63,881 nt of DNA from Gracilinanus agilis. Lineage: Eukaryota. Location of the stretch: contig NC_058132.1 in assembly GCF_016433145.1 (NCBI RefSeq), positions 87,563,599 to 87,627,479 of the forward strand. The letters run 5' to 3'. The notes below the pieces were generated by a model, which saw only the letters and a list, made by a program, of their open reading frames with translations, ran no database searches and was not told the DNA's origin. Positions 61,054-63,881 of the stretch are shown here, piece after piece. The first letter of the stretch is position 1, and each line of letters opens with the position of its first letter. Made by a program: the position numbers and the translations under genes.

Positions 61054-62001
61054 TCAACAACATTTCCCCTTTGGTGAAAACAAGAGGCTCACTCGCTCCC
61101 TGATCTGCTTGGTTTTCACCCCATAAATAACTGGATTCATCATGGGGGGCACAAGCACATAGAGATTGGCCAGCAGGATATGGACATGCCTCGGGATTTT
61201 CCGGCCAAAGCGCTGAGCAATGACAGTGAAAATCCCTGGCAGATAGAACATGAGGATGACACAGACATGGGAGCCACAGGTGCTGAGGGTCTTGAGTCGG
61301 GCATCTCGAGAAGGTAACCTGAAGACTGCTCGGAGGATGAGAATATAGGAAATGACAATGACCACCATGTCAAGCATGACACTGAGCAAGGGTACAGAGA
61401 TTCCATACCAGATATTGATGGTGATATCTGCACAGGCCAGCTTGGCCAGGCCCATGTGCTCACAGAATGTGTGGGAAATGATGTTGGTTCGGCAGAAAGG
61501 CAGGCGTTTCAGCAGGAAGACAATGGGGAAAACAGTAGCAAAGCTCCTGAACACTACAATTCCCCCAATTTTGCCAATGACACTGTGGTTGAGGATGGTG
61601 GTGTACTGCAGTGGATAGCAGATGGCTACATAGCGGTCAAAGGCCATGGCCAACAGGATCCCTGATTCCACCACAAAGGCAAAGTGCATGAAGAAGAGCT
61701 GAGTGACACAGCCCCCAAAGGAGATGTCTGTGTCTTCCAACCAGAAGATGGCCAGGGCCTTGGGCACTGTAGAAGTGGACAAGATCAGATCCCAAAATGC
61801 TAGCATGGACAGGAAGAGGTACATGGGTTCATGGAGACTGCGCTCAATAGCCACCACAAAGATGAGAATGAGATTTCCTGATACAGCAACCAGGTACATC
61901 AGACAGAAGGGGATGGAGATCCACACGTGCATCTCCTTCAGGCCAGGGATGCCAATCAACACAAACATGTCATAGTTGATGGAGAAGTTGGGAGTAGACA
62001 T
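61054..62001 (-). CDS. OR52Z1: Olfactory receptor, class I, OR52Z1-like, 315 aa from MSTPNF, intact
   Basis: LSMLAFWDLILSTSTVPKAL, DISFGGCVTQLFFMHFAF, GISVPLLSV.LDM, LFSPKGK match recalled OR52Z1; the ORF-track start at 62055 is TTG; acceptor ctttctAG at 62074-62075. Confidence 0.9.
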   Translation of the reverse strand: MSTPNFSINYDMFVLIGIPGLKEMHVWISIPFCLMYLVAVSGNLILIFVVAIERSLHEPMYLFLSMLAFWDLILSTSTVPKALAIFWLEDTDISFGGCVTQLFFMHFAFVVESGILLAMAFDRYVAICYPLQYTTILNHSVIGKIGGIVVFRSFATVFPIVFLLKRLPFCRTNIISHTFCEHMGLAKLACADITINIWYGISVPLLSVMLDMVVIVISYILILRAVFRLPSRDARLKTLSTCGSHVCVILMFYLPGIFTVIAQRFGRKIPRHVHILLANLYVLVPPMMNPVIYGVKTKQIRERVSLLFSPKGKCC

Positions 62002-62214
62002 ACCATGAAAACTGTCAGTCTCACCCAATGACCTTCTTGCCTGTTCTGCAGCCAAGGAGATGAAGTCACAGGGCTAGAAAGCAGAATAATCCAAACAAGT
62101 AATTAATAAAAAAATTTTCAAGCTCCTTCTATGTGCCCAGTCTTGTGCTTTTTTAAAACAGTTTACCAGAATCCACTAACAACAAAAACCCAAGATCGCT
62201 ATTAAAAACAAAAA

Positions 62215-62397
62215 AAAGTTCTCTCCAAATATCAATACTAAGTATCAATTCTAAAGCAAAAAGGTAATAAGGGCTAGGAAAATGGGATTAAGTGACTTGC
62301 CCAGAGTCACCCAGCTACGAAGTATCTGAGGTCAAATTTGAACCTAGAAGCTCCCATCTCTGGGCCTGGCTGTCCACTGAGTCACCTAGTTGTCCCT
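62215..62397 (-). mobile_element. Older SINE1_Mdo-family SINE
   Basis: aagtgacttgcccagagtcacccagct...ccactgagtcacctagttgtccc. Confidence 0.85.
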
Positions 62398-62779
62398 TTT
62401 GATTGCCACCTTTTAAATTTCCATCTCTTTCTCCATGCCTAGGACATAGTAGGTACTGTGTATTTGTTTTATTATTATTAGAACAAAATGTAAAATAAAA
62501 TATAAATGTGAGCTGTGATTTTTGAAACAACCTAATTTATATAGATAATATTTCAAGAAAATGTATAAGTGAATATGACTAACATTGTTATCATCCCTAA
62601 CTGATTCTTACTTGGCATTCAACTGATCAAATCAATCATTTCATTTATAGAATGAAATGTAAATGAGCAAGACATTAAATTCAAGCAATATGTCCAACAA
62701 TAATATGCAAGCAAATCATTTTATGTCTCAGGAATGTTTAAGGTATAGGAAAACCGACTCACACAACTAAAGAATAACT

Positions 62780-62935
62780 ATTGGTGAATTTTTCCATCAC
62801 AGGTATACTCAGAACAGAGAGTGAGGGTTGCAAGAAGGATATAATTGCTATCTGGAAGTATTTGAAAATCTCTATTGAAGAGGGATTGGGTATGTTCTTC
62901 TTAACCCCATGAGACAGAATCAGGAGTAATAGTGT
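62780..62935 (+). mobile_element. L3/CR1 fragment
   Basis: gctatctggaagtatttgaaa...ttcttcttaaccccatgagacagaatcaggagtaat. Confidence 0.6.
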
Positions 62936-63881
62936 TAATTCTCACTTCTCTAACACTTTAGGCTTCTCTTTCACAAATATTCTCTGGCACCTCACCTCAT
63001 ACTCTAAAAGGCTAATGGAGCACAAGCGGTAAAAAATTCTCACAGATCAGAGAGATTTTGAGAATAGACTTGAGTATATGTCATACATGAGTCTGAAAGT
63101 CCAGTCTAACCAAATTTGGTGATGACTACTATTGGATTGGCTGTGAGAGGAGATAATGGTAACTCCTTAAGACCATCTATTAAATTTTAGAAAATTAAGA
63201 TCTGCATTATCAGAGGCAGAATCCGTACAAAGTTATGATCAAAGACTCTTAAAGCATTGCAGCCTAAGTTTAACAAAGAAAAACCATCAAAGGAAGATTC
63301 TTTCTTCTCATTTTTAGTTGAGTTTTCTCTTTGTTTATCCATCTGTCCACCTCTCCATTTGTCTGTCCATCTATCTGTCCATTTGATCACTTCTTTCCTT
63401 CCTTCTTCCTCCATTTCCCTTCTTTCTTTTTCTATTTTATCTTCCTTCCTTCTTTCATTTCTTTATTCCATAAAATACTTCTCTACTAACACATTATATA
63501 CTATTAACATAGAGGGAAGAAAAACTCTAGAGTTCATCTAATGCTAAACTTTCATTTTCTAGATAAACTGAGACCTAAAGAAATGTAACATCAAAGGTCA
63601 AACTGTTAATTAGTGAGTGCCAAAGTCTGCCATCAAACCCAGCTCTTCTAACTCTAAATTCTGTACTCCTTTGGAAAGAGTTTTTCCCTATATTAGAATG
63701 AATTAATTTACTTTGAAAACTGATAATCTCATCTTTTAAGGGAATCAAAGGGGTCATTTAATTGACTGGGTATGTGAACAAAAATTCCCTTTATGATACA
63801 ACCAATAAGTGGTCATTAATCCTTTACCTGAATCCCTTTGAGGAGAGAGAATCTTCACTGCCTCCCAGAATCATGGAACTT

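Noticed and set aside
1-63881. CRISPR arrays, rRNA, functional nuclear tRNAs, prokaryotic-type systems
   Set aside because: None seen. The DNA is mammalian; tRNA-like signals are SINE heads or NUMT remnants.

Overview
Marsupial genomic DNA, very probably a didelphid opossum (Monodelphis-type young SINE1_Mdo copies, MAR1/MIR, L2, L3, marsupial L1, OposCharlie-like hAT MITEs). The window is part of the class I (OR52) olfactory receptor cluster. It holds five apparently intact single-coding-exon ORs: OR52B6-like (-), two OR52H1-like (-), OR52A5-like (+, with a tail running through a 1-N gap into (CT)n) and OR52Z1-like (-). It also holds two OR pseudogenes: an OR52H copy with a 4-nt frameshift and a 195-nt deletion, and a truncated OR52A copy with an LTR inserted just before its ATG. 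Three local duplications are visible. Hidden items are a ~720-bp NUMT (tRNA-His end, tRNA-Ser, tRNA-Leu, 5' ND5), a triple nested retroinsertion at one target site whose empty paralogue lies inside the window, a hAT MITE with a GC-rich G4/EBF-like interior, and several Lhx2/Ebf-type OR promoter candidates. I see no clear evidence of a wholly new gene system. Orthologue and repeat family names come from recall, not from database searches, and most repeat boundaries are approximate.
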